64,000 nt of DNA from a bacterium (lineage in GTDB: Bacteria > UBP6 > UBA1177): the NCBI GenBank assembly GCA_017963125.1, contig JAGCUA010000039.1, forward strand, positions 13,190-77,189. Reading direction: 5' to 3'. The first letter of the stretch is position 1. Every line of letters starts with the position of its first letter. Under the pieces are notes generated by a model. The model saw only the letters and a program-made list of their open reading frames with translations. It was not told the DNA's origin and made no database searches. This document shows, piece by piece, positions 1-9,467 of the stretch. Both the position numbers and the translations under genes were made by a program.

Positions 1-1
1 A

Positions 2-1069
2 AAAACAGAAGTCGCAATCGTTGTAAACCCAGGCTCGACCTCGACAAAATTCGCAGTATTCAGCCGTGAGGGCTCGCTTTACGAGGAAACCGTGAGACAT
101 CCGCAGGAAGAGCTCGCGAAGTTCAAACTTGTTTCGGAGCAGTTCGATTTCAGATACACGATGATAAAAAAAGCTGTTGACAAAGTCGTTGCCGAAAAAG
201 GCTTTCAGGTTGTCGCTTCTGTCGGCCGCGGCGGCCCGGTAAAACCGCTCGAAGGGGGCACATACCTTGTCAATCAGGCGCTTTTAGACGATTTGAACAG
301 CTGTAAATTCGCGAACCACGCTTCAAATCTCGGCGGAATAATCGCTGATCAGCTGGCGAAGGATTTCGGTCTTAAAGAAAGCTACATCGTTGACCCTGTA
401 ACGACCGACAATATGTGGGATAAAGCGAGACTTTCCGGACTTCCGGGAATAACGAGGATCTGCCGTGTTCACGCACTCAACATCAAGGCAGTTGCAAGAA
501 AAATCGCCGAAAAGCAGGGTAAGGATTTCTACAAAGCGAACTATGTCGTAGCTCATCTTGGCGGCGGGATCTCGATCGCTGCACTCGAAGGAGGAAAAGT
601 AGTTGACGTCAACGACGGACTTCTCGGAATGGGGCCTTTCAGCATGAACAGAGCAGGCGCGATGCCGCTCATCGGGATAATCAACATGTGCTATTCGATG
701 CCGAAAGAAGAAGTCATCCGCATTTTCTCGCGTGAAAGCGGCTTCAAGGCATACATCGGGACTGAAGATTTCCGCGACATCGAAGACCGCGTCAAAGCGG
801 GAGATCCAGAAACTCTCAAAGTTTTCGACGCTTTCGAGTATCAGGTCGCAAAAGAGATCGGCGCTTACGCAGCAGCTCTGAAAGGAAAGATCGACGGGAT
901 CATCGTCACCGGCGGCTGCGCATACTTCAAGAAATTTGTCGAAGATCTCAAAGAATACACCGGCTGGATGGGTGAATTTTTCGTTTATCCGGGCGAAGAC
1001 GAGCTTGCTGCCCTTGCTGAAGGCGCCTTCAGAGTCGTCGACGGGAAAGAAAAGGCGAAGAATTATTAG
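2..1069 (+). CDS. buk: Butyrate kinase, 5' end runs off the window
   Basis: The frame is open from nt 2 (KTEVAIVVNPGSTSTKFAVF, the N-terminal phosphate-binding motif of acetate/butyrate kinases) and joins ORF 92..1069. It also has HLGGGISIAALEGGKVVDVNDGL and IVTGGCAYF motifs. Confidence 0.9.
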   Translation, partial: KTEVAIVVNPGSTSTKFAVFSREGSLYEETVRHPQEELAKFKLVSEQFDFRYTMIKKAVDKVVAEKGFQVVASVGRGGPVKPLEGGTYLVNQALLDDLNSCKFANHASNLGGIIADQLAKDFGLKESYIVDPVTTDNMWDKARLSGLPGITRICRVHALNIKAVARKIAEKQGKDFYKANYVVAHLGGGISIAALEGGKVVDVNDGLLGMGPFSMNRAGAMPLIGIINMCYSMPKEEVIRIFSRESGFKAYIGTEDFRDIEDRVKAGDPETLKVFDAFEYQVAKEIGAYAAALKGKIDGIIVTGGCAYFKKFVEDLKEYTGWMGEFFVYPGEDELAALAEGAFRVVDGKEKAKNY

Positions 1070-1070
1070 C

Positions 1071-1131
1071 CGCCGCGCTTTCAACGTTACGTCGTCACGC
1101 CGTCACATCGTTACGACGACATGGCGCGGCG
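1071..1131 (+). terminator. GC-clamped long hairpin immediately after the buk stop
   Basis: CGCCGCGC (1071-1078) pairs with GCGCGGCG (1124-1131) around a ~45-nt interior rich in CGTTACG/GTCGTC/GACGAC words. There is no T-run. It belongs to a recurring 3'-end element family (see findings). Confidence 0.35.
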
Positions 1132-1159
1132 TTGACAAAAAAATCGTTGTTATTATAAT
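1132..1159 (+). promoter_or_regulatory. Sigma70-type promoter candidate for the lipid kinase/PP2C operon
   Basis: TTGACA (1132-1137), 16-nt spacer, TATAAT (1154-1159), about 30 nt upstream of the ATG at 1189. Confidence 0.45.
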
Positions 1160-1188
1160 CTTTCGTTTGTTTTTTTAGAGGTGTTTTT

Positions 1189-2112
1189 ATGCCGGGAATC
1201 GGTCTTGTCTCCAATCCTTATTCAAAAAAGAACAGAAAACATCCTGAGAGGCTGCAGAAACTGATCGAATGCGCTCCTGACAAGGACCTTGTCAGACTGC
1301 CGGATTCATTCGACAAAATGGACGCGGCGATGGAGCATTTCAAGCAGAAGAAAGTCGATGTCATTGCGATAAACGGCGGTGACGGAACAGTCCATGTCGC
1401 CCTCACTTCGATGATGAAGATCTATCGCGGCGAGCAGTTGCCGAAAATCGCGATCCTCAAAGGGGGAACGATGAACATGACCGCTACGAACCTCAAGCTC
1501 AGAGGCAACACCGTTTCGATTTTCAAGCGTGTCGTCAAGGCGTATAAAGAAAGGGAACTCAACTGCCGGCAGATCTCGCTTCTCAAGGTGAACGAGCGTT
1601 ACGGCTTTATTTTCGGAAGCGGCGCGGTCTGCACTTTCATGGATCTTTATCACAGAAGCAGCAATCCGTCTCCGCTTGTCGCGGCCAAATCGGTGCTTGC
1701 GATGGCCGGTTCGATGCTTGTCCACGGAAAACTGGCGGCAGAGTTCTTCAAACCGACATGGCAGGAGCTCAACGCCGACGGTTTTTCGTTCGGCAGAGCA
1801 CCTTATCTTGCTTTCCTCATTACGACGCTTCCTTCTGTCGGCCTCGGAATGGATCTTACTTTCAGGGCGAAGATCGATCCGAAAAAAGCGCAGATGATAG
1901 CGTTCCGCGATAAGGCGAGAATAGTGCCGCAGGTCCTCAGAGTATGGCTCGGCCGCTCGGTTCCGCCGGATGTCGTCGACGATACGGTGGGAAGCCGCTT
2001 TTTTATAAACGGAGAAAAATCGTTCAGATATACTTTGGACGGCGATATGTACTCGTCGTCAGGCAAACTTGTGGTCGAAACCGGACCGTTGTTGGATTTA
2101 GTTACGGAGTGA
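1189..2112 (+). CDS. Diacylglycerol/lipid kinase family protein (DAGK catalytic domain, YegS/BmrU-like)
   Basis: VIAINGGDGTVH nucleotide-binding motif. AGAGG RBS precedes the ATG. 307 aa. Confidence 0.7.
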   Translation: MPGIGLVSNPYSKKNRKHPERLQKLIECAPDKDLVRLPDSFDKMDAAMEHFKQKKVDVIAINGGDGTVHVALTSMMKIYRGEQLPKIAILKGGTMNMTATNLKLRGNTVSIFKRVVKAYKERELNCRQISLLKVNERYGFIFGSGAVCTFMDLYHRSSNPSPLVAAKSVLAMAGSMLVHGKLAAEFFKPTWQELNADGFSFGRAPYLAFLITTLPSVGLGMDLTFRAKIDPKKAQMIAFRDKARIVPQVLRVWLGRSVPPDVVDDTVGSRFFINGEKSFRYTLDGDMYSSSGKLVVETGPLLDLVTE

Positions 2113-2115
2113 AAA

Positions 2116-2883
2116 ATGCATTATAAGAGTGCTGCAAAGACGCATCCCGGCATGAAAAGGGAGCTTAACGAGGACAGTTACGTCATTCTTGAACACGAAG
2201 GCGTTTTTGTCGTCGCCGACGGAATGGGCGGTCACAACGCCGGTGAAGTCGCATCAAAGATCGCGATCGATACGATTGCCGAATTTTTCCACGCTTCCGA
2301 GGAAGATGACGACATGACATGGCCTTACAAACTTGATCCGACGCTCGCACTTGACGCTAACAAGCTCATGGTCGGCATAAAATTCGCCAACAAGCGCATT
2401 TTCAAGCAGTCTTCCGAAGACGCGGCATGCAGCGGAATGGGAACGACGGTCGTTTCGATAATAGCTCATGACGGCGGCGACGATCTGTATGTCGCACATG
2501 TCGGCGACAGCCGCTGCTACTGTTTCTACGAGGGCGAACTCGTTCAGGTTTCCGAAGACCACTCTCTTGTCAACGAATACATCAAAGCGGGTCAGATCAC
2601 GAAGGAACAGGCGAAGACTTTCCCGCACAAAAACGTGATAATGCGTGCTCTCGGCATGAAGGACAACGTTCTTGTCGATATCCAGAAACGCACGGCGAGA
2701 GCGGGTGAGATATATCTTCTCTGCTCCGACGGTCTTTCGGACATGGTTTCAGATCACGACATGGAAGTCGTTCTTGGCAGCGATGTCTCTCTCGAAGAAA
2801 TGACGAGACAGCTTGTTGATATGGCGAACGCAAACGGCGGAAAGGACAATATAACTGTTATTTTAGTCAAAGTTGAACCTTAA
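2116..2883 (+). CDS. PP2C-family Ser/Thr protein phosphatase
   Basis: VVADGMGGHNAGEVAS, HVGDSRCY, LCSDGLSD and GGKDNITVILV motifs of bacterial PP2C (Stp/PrpC type). Confidence 0.9.
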   Translation: MHYKSAAKTHPGMKRELNEDSYVILEHEGVFVVADGMGGHNAGEVASKIAIDTIAEFFHASEEDDDMTWPYKLDPTLALDANKLMVGIKFANKRIFKQSSEDAACSGMGTTVVSIIAHDGGDDLYVAHVGDSRCYCFYEGELVQVSEDHSLVNEYIKAGQITKEQAKTFPHKNVIMRALGMKDNVLVDIQKRTARAGEIYLLCSDGLSDMVSDHDMEVVLGSDVSLEEMTRQLVDMANANGGKDNITVILVKVEP

Positions 2884-2898
2884 TATTTGGAGATTATT

Positions 2899-3657
2899 AT
2901 GAAAAAATTCTTGGTTTCAGTCGCAGTCATCTGCGCAATGTTCGTTTTTGTTTCGTGCGGCGGAAGCAGCAGTGAAACGAAAGATGATGAAAAAACAGAC
3001 AAGGACGAAGTAAGTGATTCGGAAGAAGCCCCCGATTCAGAAACGGAAGATTCTGAAGTGACTGACGAAGCGGTAGAAGAACCAGATGAACCGGAAGAGC
3101 CGAAAGAACTCGCTTATCCGGAAGTTACTGCGACCTCAAATAAAAACGGCGATATCGCGCAGAACATCACCATCTATGATGATCTCGATGTCGAGCACAA
3201 ACTTGCTGAATGGTATAAGCCGAACAATCCGTCGAGCGAACTGATCTGGCTCATTTTCACCACGTATGACTGCGGTCCGTGTCACATCCTTAAAGAGGAT
3301 CTTCTTGTTCTCAACAAGGCTGAGTACAGGGAAAAAGGACTCAAGATAATCGTTGTTTTCAACGGTCTGCTTGCCGGTCCGCAGCCGGAGCTCGAACCTG
3401 AGAAACTTGCCGAAATCAAAGATATATACCTTTCGGAATATCCGGATACCGGCCGTTTCGAGATCTACGGATATCTCAAACAGGAAGAGCAGAAAGTTCT
3501 CCGCAAGTTCTTCAGCAGTCCTATGGGCGGCGCATATCCGACCTGGATGTTCATCAATGCAGACAACATGGAGATCCTTGAATACGGCGAAGGCTGGGCA
3601 GAAGATGCAACGGATGAGGTTTCGGATCTGATCGAAATGCTTCTTGAAGAGTTCTAA
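2899..3657 (+). CDS. Thioredoxin-fold lipoprotein (CGPC active site) with acidic linker
   Basis: Lipobox FVFVSCGG. D/E/S-rich linker. TTYDCGPCH thioredoxin motif. GGAG RBS favours the ATG at 2899 over the TTG at 2887. Confidence 0.7.
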   Translation: MKKFLVSVAVICAMFVFVSCGGSSSETKDDEKTDKDEVSDSEEAPDSETEDSEVTDEAVEEPDEPEEPKELAYPEVTATSNKNGDIAQNITIYDDLDVEHKLAEWYKPNNPSSELIWLIFTTYDCGPCHILKEDLLVLNKAEYREKGLKIIVVFNGLLAGPQPELEPEKLAEIKDIYLSEYPDTGRFEIYGYLKQEEQKVLRKFFSSPMGGAYPTWMFINADNMEILEYGEGWAEDATDEVSDLIEMLLEEF

Positions 3658-3660
3658 GCC

Positions 3661-4194
3661 ATGAAAAAAATCATTGTTTTTGCTGCAGCTTTACTGCTTT
3701 TCGCTTCTTGCGGAAGTGCTTCTCCGAAATCGGAAGAGCCTGCCGCTCAGGCTGGAACGCAGGATCCCGCGGGCTTTTCTATAAGCCTTGACAAAGTTGA
3801 CGGCGGCACGTTTTCGTTTGAAGAGATCCGCGGAAAGAAGCATCTTGTCGCGGCTTTCTGGGCGACCTGGTGCGAGCCGTGCAAGCAGGAACTTAAAAAA
3901 CTTGCTGAAATCTATCCCGCTTTTTCCGATTCGGTCGAATTTGTCGGGATTTCGACGGACACTGAGGAGATGATCGACAAAGTCAGCGAATTCGCGGCTG
4001 AGGCAGCCCTGCCTTTCCCGATACTCGTAGATCCGAGCGGAAACACGGTAGGTTCGATCATTCCCGGCGGTGATTCTGTTCCGTATATGATGGTTGTAGA
4101 TAAAAACGGCGTGGTGGTTGCACGCCACAGCGGATATAATCCCGGTGACGAAGAGGCTTTGAAGCGCGAACTTGAAGAGCTTATCGCCCGCTGA
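3661..4194 (+). CDS. TlpA/ResA-like thiol:disulfide oxidoreductase lipoprotein
   Basis: Lipobox LLFASCGS. FWATWCEPCKQELKKL redoxin CxxC motif. Confidence 0.85.
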   Translation: MKKIIVFAAALLLFASCGSASPKSEEPAAQAGTQDPAGFSISLDKVDGGTFSFEEIRGKKHLVAAFWATWCEPCKQELKKLAEIYPAFSDSVEFVGISTDTEEMIDKVSEFAAEAALPFPILVDPSGNTVGSIIPGGDSVPYMMVVDKNGVVVARHSGYNPGDEEALKRELEELIAR

Positions 4195-4332
4195 TTTCCG
4201 CGGTTCTTTGAATGTAGGCGGAGAATTTGTGTATCTGATACCGAAAAAACTTGAATTTATATGTTGTTTAATTACGCTCTTTCCGATTTTTTTGACTGTT
4301 TTGCAAATATTTTGACTTTTTAGGAGGATTTG

Positions 4333-5754
4333 ATGTTCAAAAAAATGTTCACACTGCTTATCGCAGTCCTTTTTGTTGTCCCGTTTGTTGTAGCGGCAGA
4401 CGATTTTGATGATGACTTCGGCGGCGATTTCGAAGAAGAAGGCGAAGACGCTGAAGAGGAAGAAGAGGAAGCTCCTGCAAAAAAGAAAAAAAATGAGGAG
4501 CAGTCCGAAAGCGACGCTGCAATGAAAGATCTCATGGGTGATCCGGAAGATGAAAAACCGGCTAAAGAAGAAAAAGAAGATGAATCTGAAGAAGCTGATG
4601 CTGAAGCTGCTGCTCCGGCAAAAGACGGAAAGGCTCCTGCCGGCAAAACTTTCAATGGTGTAAAACCTGTCCTTCTCGTAAAAGGCGGATTCACGGTTTT
4701 CGGTTCCTATAAAGAAAACGGAAAATCCCTCAGCACGATGTTCGGCAGCCTTGACGAAGGTATCGTCGGTGTCGAATACCTCGGAAAACACGTCATTGCG
4801 AAAGGAACTCTCAATATCAGAACGAACTATGCGTTCCTTGACAACGGTGCCAACCCGCTTGCAAAAGTAAACCATCATTCGATCCAGAACGGTGCTGCAA
4901 ACGCTCTTTACGAAGTTTACGGCGGCGTTAAATTTTATGATGTTTTCATTAAAGCCGGTAAACTGATCCCTGAATACGGCCTTGTCGACACATGGCAGAA
5001 CCTCGGAATGGGTTTCACGACTCCGTTCCTTACCAAAAGTCTTATCGCTGTCGAAGGTTTCCTTCCTGAGACTGATGCAGGTCTTGCTCTCGGTTACAAC
5101 GGCATAATCAAAAAAGACCACAATGTTTTCGTAGGTCTCTCTCTCGGAACCGGTGCCAATGCAAGCGAATTCTGGGAATCAGACAGAACCCTCGGCCTTT
5201 ACGGAAGAGTCGGCTACGGCTTTAAAGAATATGTCAAGGCTGCTTTCGCTTTCCAGTACAGAAACGACTACTACAGCGGAAAGAAACTTGACCACATCGG
5301 CATCGGCGTTCACATCAATGTTGCTGCAAAAGGCTTCGAAATGCCGATCACTTTCGACTACGGCATGATGAAGATGGTCAAAGACCAGACTGCAAGAAAG
5401 AGCACTACTTCGATGCTTCTTTCACTTGCTCCGGGATATGCATACCACTTCAACCACGAGTGGATCGACAAAGTCGGTCTTGCACTCAGATATGACCTCG
5501 TTCAGGGTGTTTACCTTGACGGCAGCGCGGACTACCTTGACTGGCGCAACTACAGAAGCAATTCGATGGTTATGAGAATCGGCGTTACGGCAAACTTCTT
5601 CACAAAAGAACTTGCTGGTATCCGCGGTATGGCCGGTCTTACATTCCTTATGCAGCCGGAAAGCAAGGTCGATAAAAAAGACATCAACGGCGACGGCAAA
5701 ACGAAAGATTTCGGTTTTACGACGATCGCTCTTCAGGCAGGTGCTGAGTTCTAA
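4333..5754 (+). CDS. Putative outer-membrane beta-barrel protein with acidic N-terminal region
   Basis: Signal peptide MFKKMFTLLIAVLFVVPFVVAADD. D/E/K-rich stretch. Alternating Y/G/aromatic strand-like segments. C-terminal ...LQAGAEF with a terminal Phe. AGGAGGA RBS before the ATG at 4333. Confidence 0.55.
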   Translation: MFKKMFTLLIAVLFVVPFVVAADDFDDDFGGDFEEEGEDAEEEEEEAPAKKKKNEEQSESDAAMKDLMGDPEDEKPAKEEKEDESEEADAEAAAPAKDGKAPAGKTFNGVKPVLLVKGGFTVFGSYKENGKSLSTMFGSLDEGIVGVEYLGKHVIAKGTLNIRTNYAFLDNGANPLAKVNHHSIQNGAANALYEVYGGVKFYDVFIKAGKLIPEYGLVDTWQNLGMGFTTPFLTKSLIAVEGFLPETDAGLALGYNGIIKKDHNVFVGLSLGTGANASEFWESDRTLGLYGRVGYGFKEYVKAAFAFQYRNDYYSGKKLDHIGIGVHINVAAKGFEMPITFDYGMMKMVKDQTARKSTTSMLLSLAPGYAYHFNHEWIDKVGLALRYDLVQGVYLDGSADYLDWRNYRSNSMVMRIGVTANFFTKELAGIRGMAGLTFLMQPESKVDKKDINGDGKTKDFGFTTIALQAGAEF

Positions 5755-5762
5755 GATTTTTT

Positions 5763-5788
5763 GGGGACGAAAGTCCCCGTTTTTTTTA
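5763..5788 (+). terminator. Rho-independent terminator
   Basis: GGGGAC-GAAA-GTCCCC hairpin followed by a T-run, directly after the stop at 5754. Confidence 0.75.
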
Positions 5789-5825
5789 TTTTTTTCTTTT
5801 CCGCTAAGGAAAAATGGAGGATCTA

Positions 5826-6443
5826 ATGAAAAAATCGGTTCTTATTATGGTAGTTTTCGCGGTATTTTTTGCTTTTTCCGCAGTTTCCTGTGGTGAAAAA
5901 CAAACAGTAGACGAAAGAGCTAATGTCAAAGAGCTTGTAGCAAAAGGCGAATATCAGCAGGCGAAGGCGAAACTCGTAACTTTGAGAGGACAGTATCCGA
6001 ACGATCAGGAACTGACCGAACTCAACAGACAGGTCGATGAAAAAATCGCTGAAAGTTTCTACCAGAAATATTGGGATGAAGCTGAGCAGAAAGGAGATCA
6101 CAAGGCTTGGATCGAAGCTATGATCAGAATCAAAAAAGTCGAGAACATCAACAAGGAGATGGTGAACGGCTGGATCAAAAGAGCGGCTGAAAAATGTGTT
6201 GATGCAGGTGCAAAAAACCTTAACGACGGAATGCTTCTCGCTCTTCTCGACCAGCTTGTCCAGCGTTATCAGGTCATCACGATGAACGACAGACTTATGT
6301 ATATAACGATGTTCGTCAAAGAGGGAAGATTCCCGCTCAAAGAGTGGAAGGACACTTTCCTTACGAAGTATCCTGAACTTATGGACGAAGACACCGACGA
6401 GTTCCTCGGCTGGCCGAGACCGGAAAAACCGGCTAAAAAGTAG
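5826..6443 (+). CDS. Hypothetical lipoprotein (helical)
   Basis: MKKSVLIMVVFAVFFAFSAVSCGEK signal plus lipobox. GGAGGA RBS favours the ATG at 5826. No recognisable family. Confidence 0.6.
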   Translation: MKKSVLIMVVFAVFFAFSAVSCGEKQTVDERANVKELVAKGEYQQAKAKLVTLRGQYPNDQELTELNRQVDEKIAESFYQKYWDEAEQKGDHKAWIEAMIRIKKVENINKEMVNGWIKRAAEKCVDAGAKNLNDGMLLALLDQLVQRYQVITMNDRLMYITMFVKEGRFPLKEWKDTFLTKYPELMDEDTDEFLGWPRPEKPAKK

Positions 6444-6643
6444 TCCCTGTTAATTTCTTCAATTCTTTTTTTACGATCCTGAAATTTTTACGGCAATTTA
6501 TTTGTTTGTTTGTCGTATTTTTGTGTTATAGTGCGATAAAGATGAATAAAAAATATAAAAATATATGCATTTATCTCTTTTCTTATTTGTTTTTATGTTT
6601 ATAATCCGATGCTTTGATTGTTTTTTCAAGTTTGGACTTTGGA

Positions 6644-8254
6644 ATGTATATGTATTTGTTCGGAATAGTTCTTCTCGGAATCGTGGTTCTTGTTCACGAG
6701 TTCGGTCATTTTCTTTTTGCAAGGATCTTCGGGGTCAGAGTCGAAGTCTTTTCAATAGGTTTCGGAAAACCGCTTTTCAGGAAAAAATCGGGTGATACCG
6801 AATACAGAATTTCGCTCGTTCCGCTCGGCGGCTATGTCAAAATGCTGGGCGAATCGACTTCAGAAGGTGACGATATCGAAGAAAAGGATCTTCCTTTTGC
6901 CTTCAGCAGTAAAAAGTGGTGGCAGAAGGTGCTGATCGTCTTCGCAGGGCCGCTGTTCAACATGATTTTCGCATTTCTTGTTCTCATGGTCGTAGCATGC
7001 TTCATGTTTTCTGCACCGTCTTCGCTCCTCGAATTCGTCTCTCCCGACGGTGCGGCTTATGCTGCCGGGATTTCCGACGGCGACAGGATCGTAAAGATAA
7101 ACGGTGAAGATATCGCTGTCTGGGACGATATCCCGTCAGTCCTTGCACCCATGTCAGGATCCGGAGAATGCGGAGAGATCTCTGTCGAAGTCGAAAAAGC
7201 GTTTACCAAAGAGATAAAAACTTACACCGTTCATCCTAAAACCGGCTCTTTCACCGATCCTTTCGGCGATACGCACTCCCGCTGCGAACTCGGTGTCGTA
7301 CGTGCTCCGCGCGAACCGAAAATCTTCCTGCTGAAAGATTTCCCGGGGCTTGAGAACGGCGACGTCGTCCTTTCTGTCGACGGAGAGAATCTCCTGAGAT
7401 ACTACGAACTTGCCGAAAGGATAAAAAAACCGTTCAAAAACATGACAGTCCTCCGCGGAGGAAAGGAAATCACGGTAAATTTCCCGGAAGATGTGACGGA
7501 AAGACCTGAGATTGCTTACGGAGGAATGATCATTGCCTCTGTCGAAAAAGAGAGCTATTCCGAAAAGGTCGGTGTGAAAAAAGGTGATTTCATAACTGCT
7601 GTCAACGGAGTTGCAATGACTGCTCCGTTCCAGTTCTATTCGATAATGGGTAAACTAAAGGAAGGTGATCACGTCACACTTTCGCTTATCCGCGATGCTG
7701 CTCCGCTTGACATCGCCTTCACGGCATCTTTCGATGAAAAAGAGAATGAAATGACCGGTGTCCGCGACAAAAAGATGAACTGGGGCGCATTTTTTGATTA
7801 CGATTATGAAGTGAAAGAGTTCTATGCGCGCCGCAGCGGTCTTTTGACTTTTCCGCTCAGGTATGCGGCAGACGAGATCGTTAATGTTACGATGTCGACT
7901 TTCAAAGGTCTGGCCTACATGATAAGCGGAAAAATTTCGGCAAAAGGGCTCGGCGGTCCGATAATGATTTTCGACATTTCGAAGCGTGCTGCCGATGCCG
8001 GACTGCGGTATTTCCTTGCGATAATGGCGATGATAAGCATAAATCTCGGGCTTATAAATCTTTTCCCGATCCCTGTTCTTGACGGCGGATACATTGTTAT
8101 CTATACGCTTGAAGGAATATTTCGGCGGACGATACCCCAGAAGGTGAAAGAGAAGGCGCTGATGGTAGGGCTGTTCCTGCTTGTCGGGCTTATGGTTTTT
8201 GCGATAGTAAACGATTTTACCCGTTATATCCCGATGCTTTTTAAACATAATTGA
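6644..8254 (+). CDS. rseP: Site-2 protease RseP (M50 zinc metalloprotease with PDZ domains)
   Basis: VLVHEFGHFLFAR HExxH motif in the first TM. PDZ-like GDRIVKINGE and GDFITAVNG segments. C-terminal NLFPIPVLDGG motif. The ATG at 6644 gives the usual short N-terminus. Confidence 0.9.
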   Translation: MYMYLFGIVLLGIVVLVHEFGHFLFARIFGVRVEVFSIGFGKPLFRKKSGDTEYRISLVPLGGYVKMLGESTSEGDDIEEKDLPFAFSSKKWWQKVLIVFAGPLFNMIFAFLVLMVVACFMFSAPSSLLEFVSPDGAAYAAGISDGDRIVKINGEDIAVWDDIPSVLAPMSGSGECGEISVEVEKAFTKEIKTYTVHPKTGSFTDPFGDTHSRCELGVVRAPREPKIFLLKDFPGLENGDVVLSVDGENLLRYYELAERIKKPFKNMTVLRGGKEITVNFPEDVTERPEIAYGGMIIASVEKESYSEKVGVKKGDFITAVNGVAMTAPFQFYSIMGKLKEGDHVTLSLIRDAAPLDIAFTASFDEKENEMTGVRDKKMNWGAFFDYDYEVKEFYARRSGLLTFPLRYAADEIVNVTMSTFKGLAYMISGKISAKGLGGPIMIFDISKRAADAGLRYFLAIMAMISINLGLINLFPIPVLDGGYIVIYTLEGIFRRTIPQKVKEKALMVGLFLLVGLMVFAIVNDFTRYIPMLFKHN

Positions 8255-8290
8255 AGGTTGTTTTGAAATTATAATTATCCGGAGGCTTTG

Positions 8291-9013
8291 ATGATCATCA
8301 ATCTTAATTTCGCTGCAACAGCACTCACGACAGGTCTTAATGTTGCCGAAACGATGAAAAATTCTTCTTTTCTTGTAAACTGCATGCTTCTCCTTCTTGT
8401 TTTAGCAAGCGTGATCGCTGTTGCGATAATCGTCGTGAAGTTCGTTCAGTACAGGCTTGCCGTTATAGAGACTACAAAATTTGTTGATATTTTCTGGAAA
8501 AACAAGGATCTCAAAGATGTCGCAACAAAGACGGCGACTATGGTGAAATCGCCTGTCGCAGCAGTGTTTACGGCAGGTTATGCTGAGTTTAAAGAGACTA
8601 AGGAAAGTTGGGAAGACAAGGGGATAGTTCTTGTCGGCGGAAAGGTCGACGAACTTGCAGCAAACGTCGACAGGGCGATGAGACGTGAGACCCACGTAAG
8701 GATCCAGCTTCTTGAAAGCGGTCTTCCGTTTTTAGCTACAGTCGCTACGGCGGCACCGTTCATCGGTCTTTTCGGAACAGTCTACGGCATTATGAACGCA
8801 TTCCAGGAAATCGGAAAAACAGGCAGTGCGACACTTGGTTCGATAGCACCTCATCTGTCGGATGCTCTCGTAACGACTGCGTTCGGTCTTATCGCAGCGA
8901 TCCCTGCATCGGTCGCATTCAACTACTTCAATGCGCGCCTTCAGAAATTCGAGAACGAAGCTATGAATATCGCGGCTGATTTTCTTAATCAGATCAAAAG
9001 GAGCAACGTCTGA
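8291..9013 (+). CDS. tolQ: TolQ (MotA/TolQ/ExbB proton-channel protein)
   Basis: Three-TM pattern. LPFLATVATAAPFIGLFGTVYGIMNAF signature. Lies in a cluster with tolR, tolB and pal. Confidence 0.85.
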   Translation: MIINLNFAATALTTGLNVAETMKNSSFLVNCMLLLLVLASVIAVAIIVVKFVQYRLAVIETTKFVDIFWKNKDLKDVATKTATMVKSPVAAVFTAGYAEFKETKESWEDKGIVLVGGKVDELAANVDRAMRRETHVRIQLLESGLPFLATVATAAPFIGLFGTVYGIMNAFQEIGKTGSATLGSIAPHLSDALVTTAFGLIAAIPASVAFNYFNARLQKFENEAMNIAADFLNQIKRSNV

Positions 9014-9462
9014 TGGCAAACTACGGAATGGAAGAACCCCGCAAAAGAAACATCCGTGCGGAGATGAACATTACTCCGATGGTCGATATCGTCTTTACGC
9101 TGCTGATAATCTTCATGGTTGCGGCTCCGCTGATCGAGCAGGGTGTCGATCTTGATCTGCCTCAGACCGAGACGATCCCGATAGAAAGCCCGAAGGACAA
9201 ATTCATTGTCAGGATCTTCAGCGGCAAGACCGAGGCTGACAACAAGATATTCGTAAGCGATGTGAAGCCTCCGATCGAAGTTCCGCTCAAAGAACTTGAG
9301 GTGAAACTCAAAACAAACGCGTTCCTTCAGGAAAAAAAGGAGATCTATCTGCATGCAAGCCGTGATCTTTCGTACGGTTACGTTGTCAGGGTCATGGCAA
9401 TAATGAAAAAAGCCGGCATCAACAATATCAACCTTGTGACTGAACCTCTGGAAAAGGAGTAG
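9013..9462 (+). CDS. tolR: TolR (ExbD/TolR family)
   Basis: INITPMVDIVFTLLIIFMV motif. ATG overlaps the tolQ TGA (ATGA-type coupling). Confidence 0.85.
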   Translation: MANYGMEEPRKRNIRAEMNITPMVDIVFTLLIIFMVAAPLIEQGVDLDLPQTETIPIESPKDKFIVRIFSGKTEADNKIFVSDVKPPIEVPLKELEVKLKTNAFLQEKKEIYLHASRDLSYGYVVRVMAIMKKAGINNINLVTEPLEKE

Positions 9463-9467
9463 AGCGG

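Noticed and set aside
3691-5121. 476-aa minus-strand ORF.
   Set aside because: It overlaps the TlpA-like gene and the barrel gene, both of which have clear signals. The translation is F/K/R-rich nonsense typical of an antisense frame.
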